From Rudaea sp. (GTDB lineage: Bacteria > Pseudomonadota > Gammaproteobacteria > Xanthomonadales > Rhodanobacteraceae): DNA of 64,000 bases. A program made the translations under genes and the position numbers. Location: NCBI GenBank assembly GCA_050737915.1, contig JBOHYL010000019.1, positions 6,927 to 70,926 of the forward strand, read 5' to 3'. Under the pieces are notes generated by a model. It worked only from the letters and a program-made list of their open reading frames with translations, was not told the origin of the DNA and did no database searches. Position 1 is the stretch's first letter. Every line of letters begins with the position of its first letter. Shown one piece after another: positions 15,294 through 25,561 of this stretch.

Positions 15294-15623
15294 CTACGTT
15301 TCCTCGGAGCTGCCCGGCTCGATCGCCCCCGGCCGGCGCTCACGCAAATGCGTGGCAAGGTTGTAGACCGACACGAACGCCGGAAACAGGTTCGCGAGCA
15401 CGCCAACCGAATCGTTCTTGCCGAACGTGAAATAGGCCAGCAACAGCAAGCTGCCGCTGATCGACAGCCACCAGAATGCGGCCGGCATCACCACGCGGCG
15501 CAGTTTCTTGGTCGCGTACAACTGCACAAACCAGCGCGCCGTGAACAGGAACACACCAAGGTAGCCGATCAGTTTCCACGGCGTGACGACGATGTGATTG
15601 AAATGGAAAAGGACTTCGTTCAT
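15294..15623 (-). CDS. small membrane protein with lipid-A-disaccharide synthase N-terminal (LAB_N-like) domain
   Basis: Only the last 109 codons of track ORF 15294..16271 are plausible: MNEVLFHFNHIVVTPWKLIGYLGVFLFTARWFVQLYATKKLRRVVMPAAFWWLSISGSLLLLAYF. This gives three hydrophobic helices. The ATG is at 15623. Confidence 0.7.
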   Translation of the reverse strand: MNEVLFHFNHIVVTPWKLIGYLGVFLFTARWFVQLYATKKLRRVVMPAAFWWLSISGSLLLLAYFTFGKNDSVGVLANLFPAFVSVYNLATHLRERRPGAIEPGSSEET

Positions 15624-15667
15624 GCGTGAATTCCTCGCATACCCGACGATGGAGGCCGAACAGAAAA

Positions 15668-16738
15668 TTACGCGCGCGCGGCCAGCCACTCGTGAATCGC
15701 GCTCGGCACCTCGCGCTGGGCGCGTCCGGAGACATAAATGCCGATGTGGCCGCCCTTGAACGCAAGTTCGGTGTAATCCTTCGTGCCCGCGTGTTGTTTG
15801 AGCGGACGTGAGGCCGACGGCGGCACCAGATGATCTTGTTCCGCGAAGATGTTCAACACCGGCATGGTCACGTTTTTCAGACTCACGTCCTTGTCGCCGA
15901 TCTTCAAGCCGCCATTGACCAGCTTGTTGGCCTGGTAGAAATCCTTGATGAACTGTCGAAACGCTTCGCCTACCTGGTCGGGGCTGTCGAAAATCCATTT
16001 TTCCATGCGCAGGAAATTTTCCAACTCGCCCTTGTTGTCGAGAATGTCGACCAGGCCAATGTATTTCTGCTGATTCAGCCGCACCGGCTTGAGGGTGAGA
16101 TAGCACCAGTTCATCAAATCCGCTGGCACGTTGCCGAGCGTATCGACGAACAAATCCACATCGAGCCCGCGCGTCCAGTGCGAAAGCATATTGTCCGGTG
16201 TGTGGAAATCGACCGGGGTGACCATCGCGATCAGGTTGCGGATCTTGTGCGCGTGCGTGGCCGCGTAGCACAGACTGAACGCGCCGCCCTGACAGATGCC
16301 GAGCAGGTTGATCTTGGCCGTCTTGTGGCGCTTGGCCACGACGTCGACACAGCGGTCGATGTAGCCGTTGATATAGTCGTCCAACGTCAGGTAACGATCC
16401 GACTGATCCGGATAGCCCCAGTCGATCAGGTACACGTCCTCGCCGAGCGCGAGCAGGTTCTTCACCAGCGAACGATCGTCTTGCAGATCGACCATATAGG
16501 GCCGATTGACCAGCGCATACGCGATCAGCAGCGGTGTCTTCGCAGTTGGCTTGGTTTGCCCCTTGAAACGGTACAAGACGAGTTTGTCTTCGCGATAAAC
16601 CTCTTCCTTCGCGGTCGCACCGTAATCGACCTCGTCGAGCGAGCGCAGGGTCTTCATGCCCGCCGCAAGCTTGCGGTTGAACGTAACCACCTCGTCCAGC
16701 GCCTTGAGCGGTTCGATACGCAGCGGACCCATGCTCAA
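15668..16738 (-). CDS. phaC: class III poly(R)-hydroxyalkanoate synthase, PhaC subunit
   Basis: 356 aa, the class III size. It has the lipase-box-like GICQGG with catalytic Cys and overlaps phaE by 4 nt. Confidence 0.9.
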   Translation of the reverse strand: MSMGPLRIEPLKALDEVVTFNRKLAAGMKTLRSLDEVDYGATAKEEVYREDKLVLYRFKGQTKPTAKTPLLIAYALVNRPYMVDLQDDRSLVKNLLALGEDVYLIDWGYPDQSDRYLTLDDYINGYIDRCVDVVAKRHKTAKINLLGICQGGAFSLCYAATHAHKIRNLIAMVTPVDFHTPDNMLSHWTRGLDVDLFVDTLGNVPADLMNWCYLTLKPVRLNQQKYIGLVDILDNKGELENFLRMEKWIFDSPDQVGEAFRQFIKDFYQANKLVNGGLKIGDKDVSLKNVTMPVLNIFAEQDHLVPPSASRPLKQHAGTKDYTELAFKGGHIGIYVSGRAQREVPSAIHEWLAARA

Positions 16739-17799
16739 TTCCTCGATTTAGACGTCTTTACGGCTTTATTACGAGACCTTCGCGCGGCCGCCTGCCGCGG
16801 TGACGGCGGCGGCGACGTGTGCTTTTTCAGAGCCGCAATCTCGGCACGCAACACGCCAACCTCGCGGTGCAGATCGGCCACCCCCGTTTCGCCGTTGCCG
16901 ACACGTCGCAGCTCGTGCAGACGCTTGTGCACACTGTTCAGTTCGCTGCGCGTGGGCATGCCCAGATCGGTGCCGATGCGCTCGACCTCGGCCTGCACCT
17001 GGGCACGCACGCGCATCTGCGCATTGACTACATCTCCGTAGACCTTGCGGAAATCGTCCGACAGCGCGACTTCGGCCCAGGCTTCCTCGGCAGCGTCTAC
17101 CCACAAATCGTAGAGTGCGCGCGGCGAGTCGATGCGCCGTCCGGGTTCATCGCGCTCGGCCAGCTTGTTTTCGAATATAACAAAGCTGCGCTGACTCGAT
17201 TTCAGGATCAACGCGTTGTAACGATTCAGCGCGTCCTGGTATTCGACCAGGGCTGCGGCGGATTTCTGGTAATGCTCCTGATGCTCGCGCGCATAACCGA
17301 ATGCCGGCGCGTTGAGCCACGACAAGCCTTCCTGCCGGGCTTGCGCAAGAAACGGCGCGAAGCTCGACGACAATTGCTCGATGCCTTGCGCACCGGGCCC
17401 GGCGATATCGCGCAGCATCTTTGCCAGCGGATTGTCCACCAGCGTGGCGTCGGATCCGGCCAGATTGAAGCCGTTGCGCAAGGCTTCGGCCCATGCTTTC
17501 GGATCGCCGCCGCCATTCGGCTGGCCCGCTGCCGCAATCATCGATTGCATGAGCGCCGTGTAGCTTCTGGCGCCTGCCATCAGCCGATCCAGGGTTTCGT
17601 TCTGCTTGCCGGCACCGCTGAACATCCGCGACCATTGCTCCAGACCCTCGTGCCAGGGCGTGCCGGTGTCCGGCGTCTGCCCTGCGGAATTGCGCGTCGC
17701 GTCGGACCACGCCGACCAGTACTGCTTTTGCAGCGCCTGCCAGTCGGCCATCCAGTCCTGGGGGGATTTTTTCTCGCTCATCGGCTGTCTCCGCGACAA
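16735..17799 (-). CDS. phaE: class III PHA synthase, PhaE subunit
   Basis: 354 aa. The N-terminal WQALQKQYWSAWSDA region and its position immediately upstream of a class III phaC fit PhaE. Confidence 0.8.
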   Translation of the reverse strand: MSRRQPMSEKKSPQDWMADWQALQKQYWSAWSDATRNSAGQTPDTGTPWHEGLEQWSRMFSGAGKQNETLDRLMAGARSYTALMQSMIAAAGQPNGGGDPKAWAEALRNGFNLAGSDATLVDNPLAKMLRDIAGPGAQGIEQLSSSFAPFLAQARQEGLSWLNAPAFGYAREHQEHYQKSAAALVEYQDALNRYNALILKSSQRSFVIFENKLAERDEPGRRIDSPRALYDLWVDAAEEAWAEVALSDDFRKVYGDVVNAQMRVRAQVQAEVERIGTDLGMPTRSELNSVHKRLHELRRVGNGETGVADLHREVGVLRAEIAALKKHTSPPPSPRQAAARRSRNKAVKTSKSRN

Positions 17800-17855
17800 G
17801 ATTCATCCTACCATGCGCCATGTTGCACCGCAAAAAATCGGAACTATTCGTAGCC

Positions 17856-17886
17856 AAAAAAAAGCGCGCCGAAGCGCGCTTTTTTG
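17856..17886 (-). terminator. rho-independent terminator downstream of pnp (palindromic, could act in both directions)
   Basis: AAAAAAAA-GCGCGC-CGAA-GCGCGC-TTTTTT, located 14 nt after the pnp stop. Confidence 0.75.
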
Positions 17887-17899
17887 GATATGGAAGGCA

Positions 17900-20002
17900 T
17901 CACGCCGCCGGGGCTTCTTCCGTCACTGCCTTCATCGACAGGCGAATGCGGCCTTGTTTGTCGACCTCGAGAACCTTGACCTTGACGATGTCGCCTTCCT
18001 TGAGCTTGTCGGAAACCTTCTCGACGCGCTCGTTGGAAATCTGCGAAACGTGGACGAGACCGTCCTTGCCCGGCAGGATGGTGACGAAGGCGCCGAAATC
18101 CATCAGCTTGGCGACCTTGCCTTCGTAGATGCGGCCCGGCTCGACGTCGGAGACGATCTGCTAGATGCGCGCTTTGGCTGCTTCGGCCGCTTCGCGGTTG
18201 ACCGAGGCGATGACGATGGTGCCGTCGTCGCTGATGTCGATCGTCGCGCCGGTTTCTTCGGTGATCGCGCGAATCGTGGTGCCACCCTTGCCGATCACTT
18301 CGCGGATCTTGTCCGGGTGAATCTTCATCGTCATCAGGCGCGGTGCGAATTCGCTCATCTCACTGCGCGGGCTGCTGATGACCTTGTTCATCTCGCCGAG
18401 GATGTGCAGGCGACCGCGCTTGGCCTGTTCCAGCGCCACCTGCATGATCTCCTCGGTGATGCCGTCGATCTTGATGTCCATCTGCAATGCGCTGATGCCT
18501 GCGGCGGAGCCGGCGACCTTGAAATCCATGTCGCCCAGATGATCCTCGTCGCCGAGAATGTCCGACAGCACCACGAACTTGTCGGATTCCTTGACCAGTC
18601 CCATCGCGATGCCGGCAACCGGCGCCTTGAGCGGCACGCCGGCATCCATCATCGCCAGCGAAGAACCGCACACGGAGGCCATCGACGAGGAGCCGTTGGA
18701 TTCGGTGATTTCCGAAACCACGCGCACGACGTAGGGAAATGCCTCCATCGCCGGCTTGACCGCCTGCACGCCGCGCTTGGCCAGACGGCCGTGACCGATT
18801 TCGCGGCGCTTGGGCGCACCGAAACGCCCGGCTTCGCCAACTGAGAACGGCGGAAAGTTGTAGTGGAACAGGAACGGATCCTTCGATTCACCACCCGGCG
18901 CGTCGATGATCTGCGCATCGCGCGCGGTACCGAGGGTGATAGCGACCAGTGCCTGGGTTTCACCGCGGGTGAACAGAGCCGAGCCGTGGGTGCGCGGCAA
19001 CACGCCCACGCGCACGCTGATCGGTCGAATGTCGTCGAGCTTGCGGCCGTCGATGCGCACTTTCGTAGCCAGCACGGCATCGCGCAAGGTGTGGTATTCG
19101 AGTTCGCCGAATTCCTTGGCCATCTCGGCGGCGTTCCAGCTTTCGCTTTCTGCACGCCCGGCCAACGCGGTCATCGTGTCCTGCTTGATCGCGGCGATGG
19201 CGTCGCGGCGCTGCAGCTTGTCGCGTACCTTGAACGCTTCGGCGAGCTTGTCACCAACACTTTCCTTGAGCGCGGCGATCATGGCCGCGTTCTTGGCCGG
19301 TGCCTTCCATGCCGACGGCTTGGTGCCGGCCTCGACGGTCAGCTCGTTGATTGCGTTGATGACCTTCTGCAACTCGCGGTGACCGAACGTGACCGCACCG
19401 AGCATGACTTCTTCGGACAACAGTTTGGCTTCGGATTCGACCATCAGTACGGCGTTCGAGGTGCCGGCGACAACCAGATCCAGATCGGATGTCGCCAACT
19501 GCGTCGCGGTCGGATTGAGAATGTACTGGCCGTTCGCATAGCCAACGCGCGCGGCGCCGATCGGCCCCTGGAACGGAATACCTGCCAACGAGAGCGCAGC
19601 CGAAGCGCCGATCATCGCCGGAATATCGCCGTCGACTTCCGGATTGAGCGAAACGACCTGGGCGATGACCTGCACTTCGTTCTTGTACTCTTCCGGGAAC
19701 AGCGGGCGCACCGGACGGTCGATCAGACGCGAGGTGAGCGTTTCCTTCTCGGTGGGGCGGCCTTCGCGCTTGAAGAAGCCGCCGGGAATGCGCCCCGCGG
19801 AATAGAATTTCTCGACGTAATCCACCGTGAGCGGGAAGAAGTCCTGGCCTTCCTTCGCTTTCGCCGCCGCAACTGCAGTGACGAGAACGACGGTGCCATC
19901 GACCGACACCACCACCGCGCCGGACGCCTGGCGGGCGATTTCGCCCGTCTCCAGCGTGACTTGGTGGTTACCGAACTGGAACGACTTGGTTACTTTTGCC
20001 AC
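17900..20002 (-). pseudogene. pnp: polynucleotide phosphorylase with an in-frame TAG at 18161-18163. This separates the RNase PH x2 + KH part (613 aa) from the S1 domain. It may be a pseudogene, a truncation or a sequence error.
   Basis: Track ORFs 18161..20002 and 17900..18103 are in the same frame. My translation across the junction reads ...[56 protein letters not shown]. The sequence is colinear with full-length PNPase, where this codon is normally Glu. Confidence 0.85.
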
Positions 20003-20084
20003 GGGCTTATTTCCTGATCTGATGGAGAAGTGCGCCCGCGGACGGGCGCCTCTTGATCTTCGCGTTCGCTGACGGACGCACGAG

Positions 20085-20354
20085 TTATCTACGCAAGCCG
20101 AGGCGTTCGATCAGGGACTTGTAGCGGTCCGTGTCGGCGTTCTTCAGGTACACCAGCAGCCGGCGGCGCTGGTTGACCATCTTGAGCAGGCCGCGGCGCG
20201 AGTGGTGATCCTTGTCGTGCTCGGCGAAATGCTTGGACAGGTGTTCGATGCGTGCGGAGAGTAATGCGATCTGCACTTCCGGCGAACCGGTATCGTTGGG
20301 CGCGCGACGATAGTCCGCCACGACCTTGCTGGTTTGATCCACGGAGAGGGACAT
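20085..20354 (-). CDS. rpsO: 30S ribosomal protein S15
   Basis: 89 aa, [43 protein letters not shown]... Confidence 0.95.
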   Translation of the reverse strand: MSLSVDQTSKVVADYRRAPNDTGSPEVQIALLSARIEHLSKHFAEHDKDHHSRRGLLKMVNQRRRLLVYLKNADTDRYKSLIERLGLRR

Positions 20355-20715
20355 TGTTCACCTTTGCTGTTGCGTACGGCGCGGATCAGCCGCATGCGGA
20401 AAGTTCCGCCGAGCACGACCCGCGTCAACAATCCGGATAGCATCCGGGATGGAAAAAGCCGCTTATTGTAACCTGATCGGACGAGAAATGGGCGATCCGA
20501 TCAAGCTGACGCGTGAAATCCGCGCTGGATGCGGCCCGTCCGTTCCGGTCGACCCGGATGAATGCGACCAACCGACCATCCAGATCCGGGGCCGGCGCAG
20601 GGGAACTCGCCCAGAGAATGCATCAACGGCACGCCCCGCGTTACGGACAGGCGACCACCCAAGAATTGGTTTTCCCCAGGTGTCATAGAATGGAAAGCTC
20701 TCGCCGACGAGGCTG

Positions 20716-21588
20716 GTGGGCGTCATGATCTTCATGAAAACGATACCGTGGAAAGAACCCAACCGGCGCAATACTCCGCCTTTGCATATCTCGTCTCACG
20801 GGGAACGGTTTTCGACGGCGACCGGAGTCTGGTGGCTGGATGAGAACCGATTCGTCGTCAACCACAGAAGTGGCTTGAGAATGGCGCTTTTTGATCTGCG
20901 GGAAGGCGATACCGCCGTTGCGATTGCACCGATCCCGCACTTGTCGGACGACATTGCCGCAAGAAAAATCAGAGAAGAAACCTGGGAAATCGCTGTAAGC
21001 GGGTGTTGGGATTGCGCGTATTCGCTGCATCACCTGTCGATGCAAGGCTCACCCGAGTTCCGGCTGATCGATACCAAGCCAGCCCCGGACAGGACTTTTT
21101 GTCATGGAGTCGCCTATGACGCCGCCGGGAAATTGTGGCTGGCGTTCCATACCGGCGACGATCCGCGCATAGAAGCGGAAGGCGTTGTCTCGCGTCTGCC
21201 CGCCCCCTGGGGTGCGCGGGATGTCTGCATCGATGAAGACTCAGGACACGTTTATTGCGTAGCGGTGTCAAAAAACCCGACCACGACCGCTTACAGTCAG
21301 GTTACCACCAGTATCTGGCGATACGACGCTGCCGCCAACTCCTGGAGCATGGTCCATGCAATTGAAAATGTGCATTCCGATGCCTGTCGAATTTACGCTG
21401 GAAAGATTTGGCTACCGGATCAGGCAAGCGACAGAGTACTCGGCATCGATTTACAAGGGCGCACACCGCCAACCATCATCCAGGATAAATACCTCGATTT
21501 TCCCCATGGCCTCGATGTTTCGAATTCCGGTATTTTGGCCGTTGCAAACTATGGCAACAGCAGCATCGTGCTGTACGACCTCAATTAG
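20716..21588 (+). CDS. hypothetical protein, probable beta-propeller (YVTN/NHL-like repeats)
   Basis: 290-aa ORF on the opposite strand to all neighbours. Codon usage is visibly richer in A/T. Strand-turn repeats include VYCVAVS..., IWLPDQASDRVLGIDL and GILAVANYGNSSIVLYDL. The start could be ATG 20725 or 20734. Confidence 0.55.
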   Translation: MGVMIFMKTIPWKEPNRRNTPPLHISSHGERFSTATGVWWLDENRFVVNHRSGLRMALFDLREGDTAVAIAPIPHLSDDIAARKIREETWEIAVSGCWDCAYSLHHLSMQGSPEFRLIDTKPAPDRTFCHGVAYDAAGKLWLAFHTGDDPRIEAEGVVSRLPAPWGARDVCIDEDSGHVYCVAVSKNPTTTAYSQVTTSIWRYDAAANSWSMVHAIENVHSDACRIYAGKIWLPDQASDRVLGIDLQGRTPPTIIQDKYLDFPHGLDVSNSGILAVANYGNSSIVLYDLN

Positions 21589-21637
21589 GGGCCTTCCGAT
21601 TGCCCTGTTGCTTGAAAGGCATCGCCGCCTTTGCGAG

Positions 21638-22546
21638 CTATGGGTTGAAGCCTCGCCGCACACGCACCGTGCCGGCTGCGTCGACCGCCACCAGGGCGGC
21701 CAACCGGCCTTGGGTATCCAGGGCACGGCACAAACTGGCGGGAGGCTGCCCGGCCACGATGAACTTCTGGCCCTGACGCAAACGCGCCGCCTGCGCTGCG
21801 TCCAGTTGCAATGCCGGCAATGCGCCAACGCCGGCCTCGAGCGGCAACAGCAGCCGATCCAGCGCGGGCAAGCCGCCATCGACAAGGGTTTGCTCCAGCG
21901 CAGCCAGCGTGTGCATGACCGGCTGGGTGAATGGGTCAACCCATAGTCGCCGCAGCACGGTCAGATGCGCACCGCTGTCCAGGCGCTCGCCGAGATCCCG
22001 GGCCAGGCTGCGCACATAGGTGCCGGAGCCGCATTCCACGAACAAACGCAAGCAGTCGCCATCGCGGCGTTCCAGTAGCAGGCGATGAATCTCGACGTCG
22101 CGCGGTGGCGCCTGCACGTGCTCGCCGCGACGAGCACGCTTGTATAGCGGCACGCCATCCTGCTTGAGCGCCGAATAAGCTGGCGGCGTCTGCACAATGC
22201 GACCGCGCAGGCCGGCCAGAGCACGCTCGACCGCTGCGTCGTCCAGCGCCGGGACCGACCGCGTTTGCAGTACTTGCCCTTCGGCATCGTCCGTTGTCGT
22301 GGTCACTCCCAAGCGGCATTCGGCAGCATAGGCCTTGCGCGATCCGAGCAGGAATCCGGCGATCTTGGTCGCCTCACCGAAGCAGATGGGCAACAGGCCC
22401 GTGGCCAGCGGATCGAGGCTGCCGGTATGCCCGGCTTTGGCTGCGCCAAACAGTCCTTTTGCCTTTTGCAACGCACGGTTGGAGCTGATTCCTGCGGGTT
22501 TATCGAGCAGCAGGATGCCGTTGACGGTGCGACTGTCCGACTTCAT
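21638..22546 (-). CDS. truB: tRNA pseudouridine(55) synthase
   Basis: 302 aa. It has [14 protein letters not shown] and the catalytic-Asp context [23 protein letters not shown]. Confidence 0.95.
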   Translation of the reverse strand: MKSDSRTVNGILLLDKPAGISSNRALQKAKGLFGAAKAGHTGSLDPLATGLLPICFGEATKIAGFLLGSRKAYAAECRLGVTTTTDDAEGQVLQTRSVPALDDAAVERALAGLRGRIVQTPPAYSALKQDGVPLYKRARRGEHVQAPPRDVEIHRLLLERRDGDCLRLFVECGSGTYVRSLARDLGERLDSGAHLTVLRRLWVDPFTQPVMHTLAALEQTLVDGGLPALDRLLLPLEAGVGALPALQLDAAQAARLRQGQKFIVAGQPPASLCRALDTQGRLAALVAVDAAGTVRVRRGFNP

Positions 22547-22887
22547 TTTTCGCCGCGCAGCAAAGCCTCAATGCGCTCGCCGCGGTCGACCGAATCGTCG
22601 TAACGAAAACGCAGTTCCGGTACGCGCCGCACGCGCATGATCTTCGATAATTCGCGGCGAAAATCCTTGGCCATTTCGTTGAGCGCCTTGACCGCATCCT
22701 GGGCGGTATCCGGCAGCAGTGCAGTAACGAACACCGTGGCCGTGTCGAAATCCTTGGTGACCTCCACATCCGACACGCTCACCGACGGCACGGCATTCTC
22801 GCGCACGGCGTCGTGCACAAGCGTGCCGAGCAGTCGGCGCAGCTCGGCGGATAGACGATCGGAACGGGTAAAGGAACGGGATGGCAT
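22543..22887 (-). CDS. rbfA: ribosome-binding factor A
   Basis: 114 aa, positioned between infB and truB, with a 4-nt overlap with truB. Confidence 0.9.
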   Translation of the reverse strand: MPSRSFTRSDRLSAELRRLLGTLVHDAVRENAVPSVSVSDVEVTKDFDTATVFVTALLPDTAQDAVKALNEMAKDFRRELSKIMRVRRVPELRFRYDDSVDRGERIEALLRGEK

Positions 22888-22914
22888 TGGAAAACCCAGC
22901 TTTATCGCAGCAAG

Positions 22915-25515
22915 TTACAGTGTTCTGGCTACCTCGATGCGCTCATAGCACTCGATCTGGTCGCCGGGCTTGACGTCGTTGTACTGCTTGACGCCGATGC
23001 CGCACTCCATGCCGTTGCGCACCTCGTCGACGTTTTCCTTGAAGCGGCGCAGCGATTCGAGCTCGCCCTGGAAGACCACGGTGTTGTCGCGCAGCACGCG
23101 GATCGGCTTGTGCCGTTTGACCACGCCCTCGACCACCATGCAACCGGCGATCGCGCCGAACTTGGACGAACGGAACACGTCACGCACCTGAGCGGTGCCG
23201 ATGATCTCCTCGCGGATTTCCATGCCGAGCAGACCGGTTGCGGCCTGTTTTACCTGATCGATCACATCGTAGATGATCGAGAAGTAGCGCAGCTCGATGC
23301 CATTGGTTTCCAGCACCTTGCGCGCGGTCGCGTCGGCGCGCACGTTGAAGCCGATGACGATGGCCTTGGATGCCACCGCCAGGGTCGCATCGGATTCGGT
23401 AATGCCGCCGACCCCGGACGCGATCACATTCACCCTGACGCGCTCGTTGCCGATCGCCGTGAGCGAATCGCGCAGGGCCTCGACCGAACCTTGCACATCG
23501 GCCTTGACCACGAGGTTCAGAACCCGCTGCTCATCGCCCTGACCCATCTGCGATATCACGTCTTCCAGACGCACGGTTTGCTTGGTCAGGCGTGTGTCAC
23601 GCAATCTGGCATGGCGCTCGGCCGCAACCTGCTTGGCGAGTCGCTCGTCCTCGACCACGACGAAATCGTCGCCCGCATTGGGCACAGCGGAAAGACCGAG
23701 CACCTGCACCGGGATCGACGGCCCGGCACTGTCCACCGGTTTGCCGGCCTCGTCGAACATCGCACGTACGCGACCATATTCGACACCGCAGACGAGGAAG
23801 TCGCCCTTCTTCAAGGTGCCCTGTTGCACCAGCACGGTGGCGACCGGGCCGCGGCCCTTGTCGAGGCTGGACTCGATCACCACACCGGTAGCAAGGCCAT
23901 TGCGGACCGCTTGCAGATCCATGACCTCGGACTGCAGCAGGATGGCATCAAGCAGATTGTCTATGCCGCTACCGGTTTTCGCCGACACCGGCACGAACTG
24001 CGTATCGCCGCCGAAATCCTCGGATACGACTTCGTGCTGGATCAGATCCTGTTTGACGCGATCGGGTTGCGCCTCCGGTTTGTCAATCTTGTTGACCGCC
24101 ACGATCAGCGGCACGTGCGCCGCCTTCGCATGCTGGACTGCCTCGATCGTCTGCGGCATCACACCATCATCGGCGGCAACGACCAGCACGACGATGTCCG
24201 TCAGGCGCGCCCCACGCGCGCGCATAGCGGTGAACGCGGCATGGCCGGGGGTATCGAGGAACGAAATCACGCCCTTTCCGGTTTCGACGTGGTACGCACC
24301 GATATGCTGGGTGATGCCGCCGGCCTCGCCCGCGGCCACCTTGGTGCGGCGACTGTAGTCCAGCAGCGAGGTCTTGCCGTGATCGACATGCCCCATGATG
24401 GTAACCACCGGTGGTCGCGGTTCCTTGTCGCCTTGCACTTCGACCTTCGCCAGTGTGGTTTCCGCGTTCTTTTCCGCAGCCGCAACCGCCTTGTGCCCGA
24501 GTTCCTCGACCACGAGTACGGCGGTATCGTGATCGATGACCTGATTGATCGTGGCCATCACGCCCATCTTGAACAGAGTCTTGACGACATCGGCGCCTTT
24601 GACCGCCATCTTCTGCGCCAGTTCGGACACAAGGATGGAATCGCCCACCGGTACCTCATGCACCATCGGCGCGACGGGTTTGGAAAATGCGTGCGACGCT
24701 GATCCTGCCCGCGACGGCTCGACTTGCTTGCGGGGTCGTTTCTTGACGGCTCCGCGGCGGGCGTGCCCTTCGTCCGACAGATGCAGCTCCGCGCCGAAAT
24801 AGCGTGCGCCGTCAGCATCACCCTCGTCACGCATGCGATGCGAACCGTGCTTGGGCTTGGCGTGCTTGTGCGGCGCGCCATCCGGCGCGGGGCGACCGCG
24901 GCGATCGTCGGTCGCGTGCGCCTTGCGCGGCGCGGCCGGATGTTCGTCTTTGGCCGGCTTCTCGACCGCCGCGGCCGGCTCGGACTGCTTGGCTTCTGCT
25001 TCTGCGCGCTGGCGCGCTTCTTCCTCAGCGGTGCGTCGGGCTTCTTCGGCTGCACGTAGCTTGGCCTGCTCTTCGAGCCGGCGGCTGTCTTGCGCCTTGA
25101 AGCGGGCTTCCTCGGCTTCGCTGCGTGCCTGCGATTCCTGCAATTTGCGCAGTGCTTCTTCGCGCTCGGGGTCCACATCCTGCGTCTCGGCCACCACGCT
25201 GCGCTTGACGTAGGTGCGCTTCTGGCGCACTTCGACAGCAACCGTCTTGCCGCGTGCCGCCCCTTGATTGACCGTGAGCTCACTGACTGTCTTGCGCTTG
25301 AGCGTGATCTGGCGCGGCGCCGAATCTTCATCGGCGGCCTTTTCGCGTTTGCCGTGCGTGCGGCGCAGGAAGCCGAGCAGTTTGACCTTCTCGGTGCTGG
25401 ATACGACTTGATCGGGGTTGGAGAACTTCATCCCGGCCTCGTCGAGCTGGACCAGCAGCTTGTCCACGCTCATGCCGAGCACAACGGCAAGTTGCTTGAT
25501 GGTTACGTCCGACAT
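22915..25515 (-). CDS. infB: translation initiation factor IF-2
   Basis: 866 aa. It has the G-domain motifs [17 protein letters not shown] and NKID, and a charged low-complexity N-terminal half. Confidence 0.95.
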   Translation of the reverse strand: MSDVTIKQLAVVLGMSVDKLLVQLDEAGMKFSNPDQVVSSTEKVKLLGFLRRTHGKREKAADEDSAPRQITLKRKTVSELTVNQGAARGKTVAVEVRQKRTYVKRSVVAETQDVDPEREEALRKLQESQARSEAEEARFKAQDSRRLEEQAKLRAAEEARRTAEEEARQRAEAEAKQSEPAAAVEKPAKDEHPAAPRKAHATDDRRGRPAPDGAPHKHAKPKHGSHRMRDEGDADGARYFGAELHLSDEGHARRGAVKKRPRKQVEPSRAGSASHAFSKPVAPMVHEVPVGDSILVSELAQKMAVKGADVVKTLFKMGVMATINQVIDHDTAVLVVEELGHKAVAAAEKNAETTLAKVEVQGDKEPRPPVVTIMGHVDHGKTSLLDYSRRTKVAAGEAGGITQHIGAYHVETGKGVISFLDTPGHAAFTAMRARGARLTDIVVLVVAADDGVMPQTIEAVQHAKAAHVPLIVAVNKIDKPEAQPDRVKQDLIQHEVVSEDFGGDTQFVPVSAKTGSGIDNLLDAILLQSEVMDLQAVRNGLATGVVIESSLDKGRGPVATVLVQQGTLKKGDFLVCGVEYGRVRAMFDEAGKPVDSAGPSIPVQVLGLSAVPNAGDDFVVVEDERLAKQVAAERHARLRDTRLTKQTVRLEDVISQMGQGDEQRVLNLVVKADVQGSVEALRDSLTAIGNERVRVNVIASGVGGITESDATLAVASKAIVIGFNVRADATARKVLETNGIELRYFSIIYDVIDQVKQAATGLLGMEIREEIIGTAQVRDVFRSSKFGAIAGCMVVEGVVKRHKPIRVLRDNTVVFQGELESLRRFKENVDEVRNGMECGIGVKQYNDVKPGDQIECYERIEVARTL

Positions 25516-25561
25516 GATGATGCAGTCTCCTTGAGCGTGGCCGGGATAAGCGAAGCCAAAA

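Noticed and set aside
15624-16271. Upstream 216 codons of track ORF 15294..16271
   Set aside because: This part is antisense to phaC and Arg/Gly-rich. Only the terminal 109 codons (15294-15623) form a coherent membrane protein.
18161-18163. Programmed recoding (pyrrolysine or read-through) at the pnp TAG
   Set aside because: There are no pyl genes or recoding signals in view, and the aligned residue in other PNPases is Glu (GAG). A point mutation or base-call error is the simpler explanation.
20033-20050. Hairpin GCGCCCG-CGGA-CGGGCGC between rpsO and pnp, considered as a terminator
   Set aside because: There is no U-tract on the transcribed strand. It may correspond to the RNase III/attenuator stem known for the rpsO-pnp leader in E. 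coli, but that cannot be shown from sequence alone.
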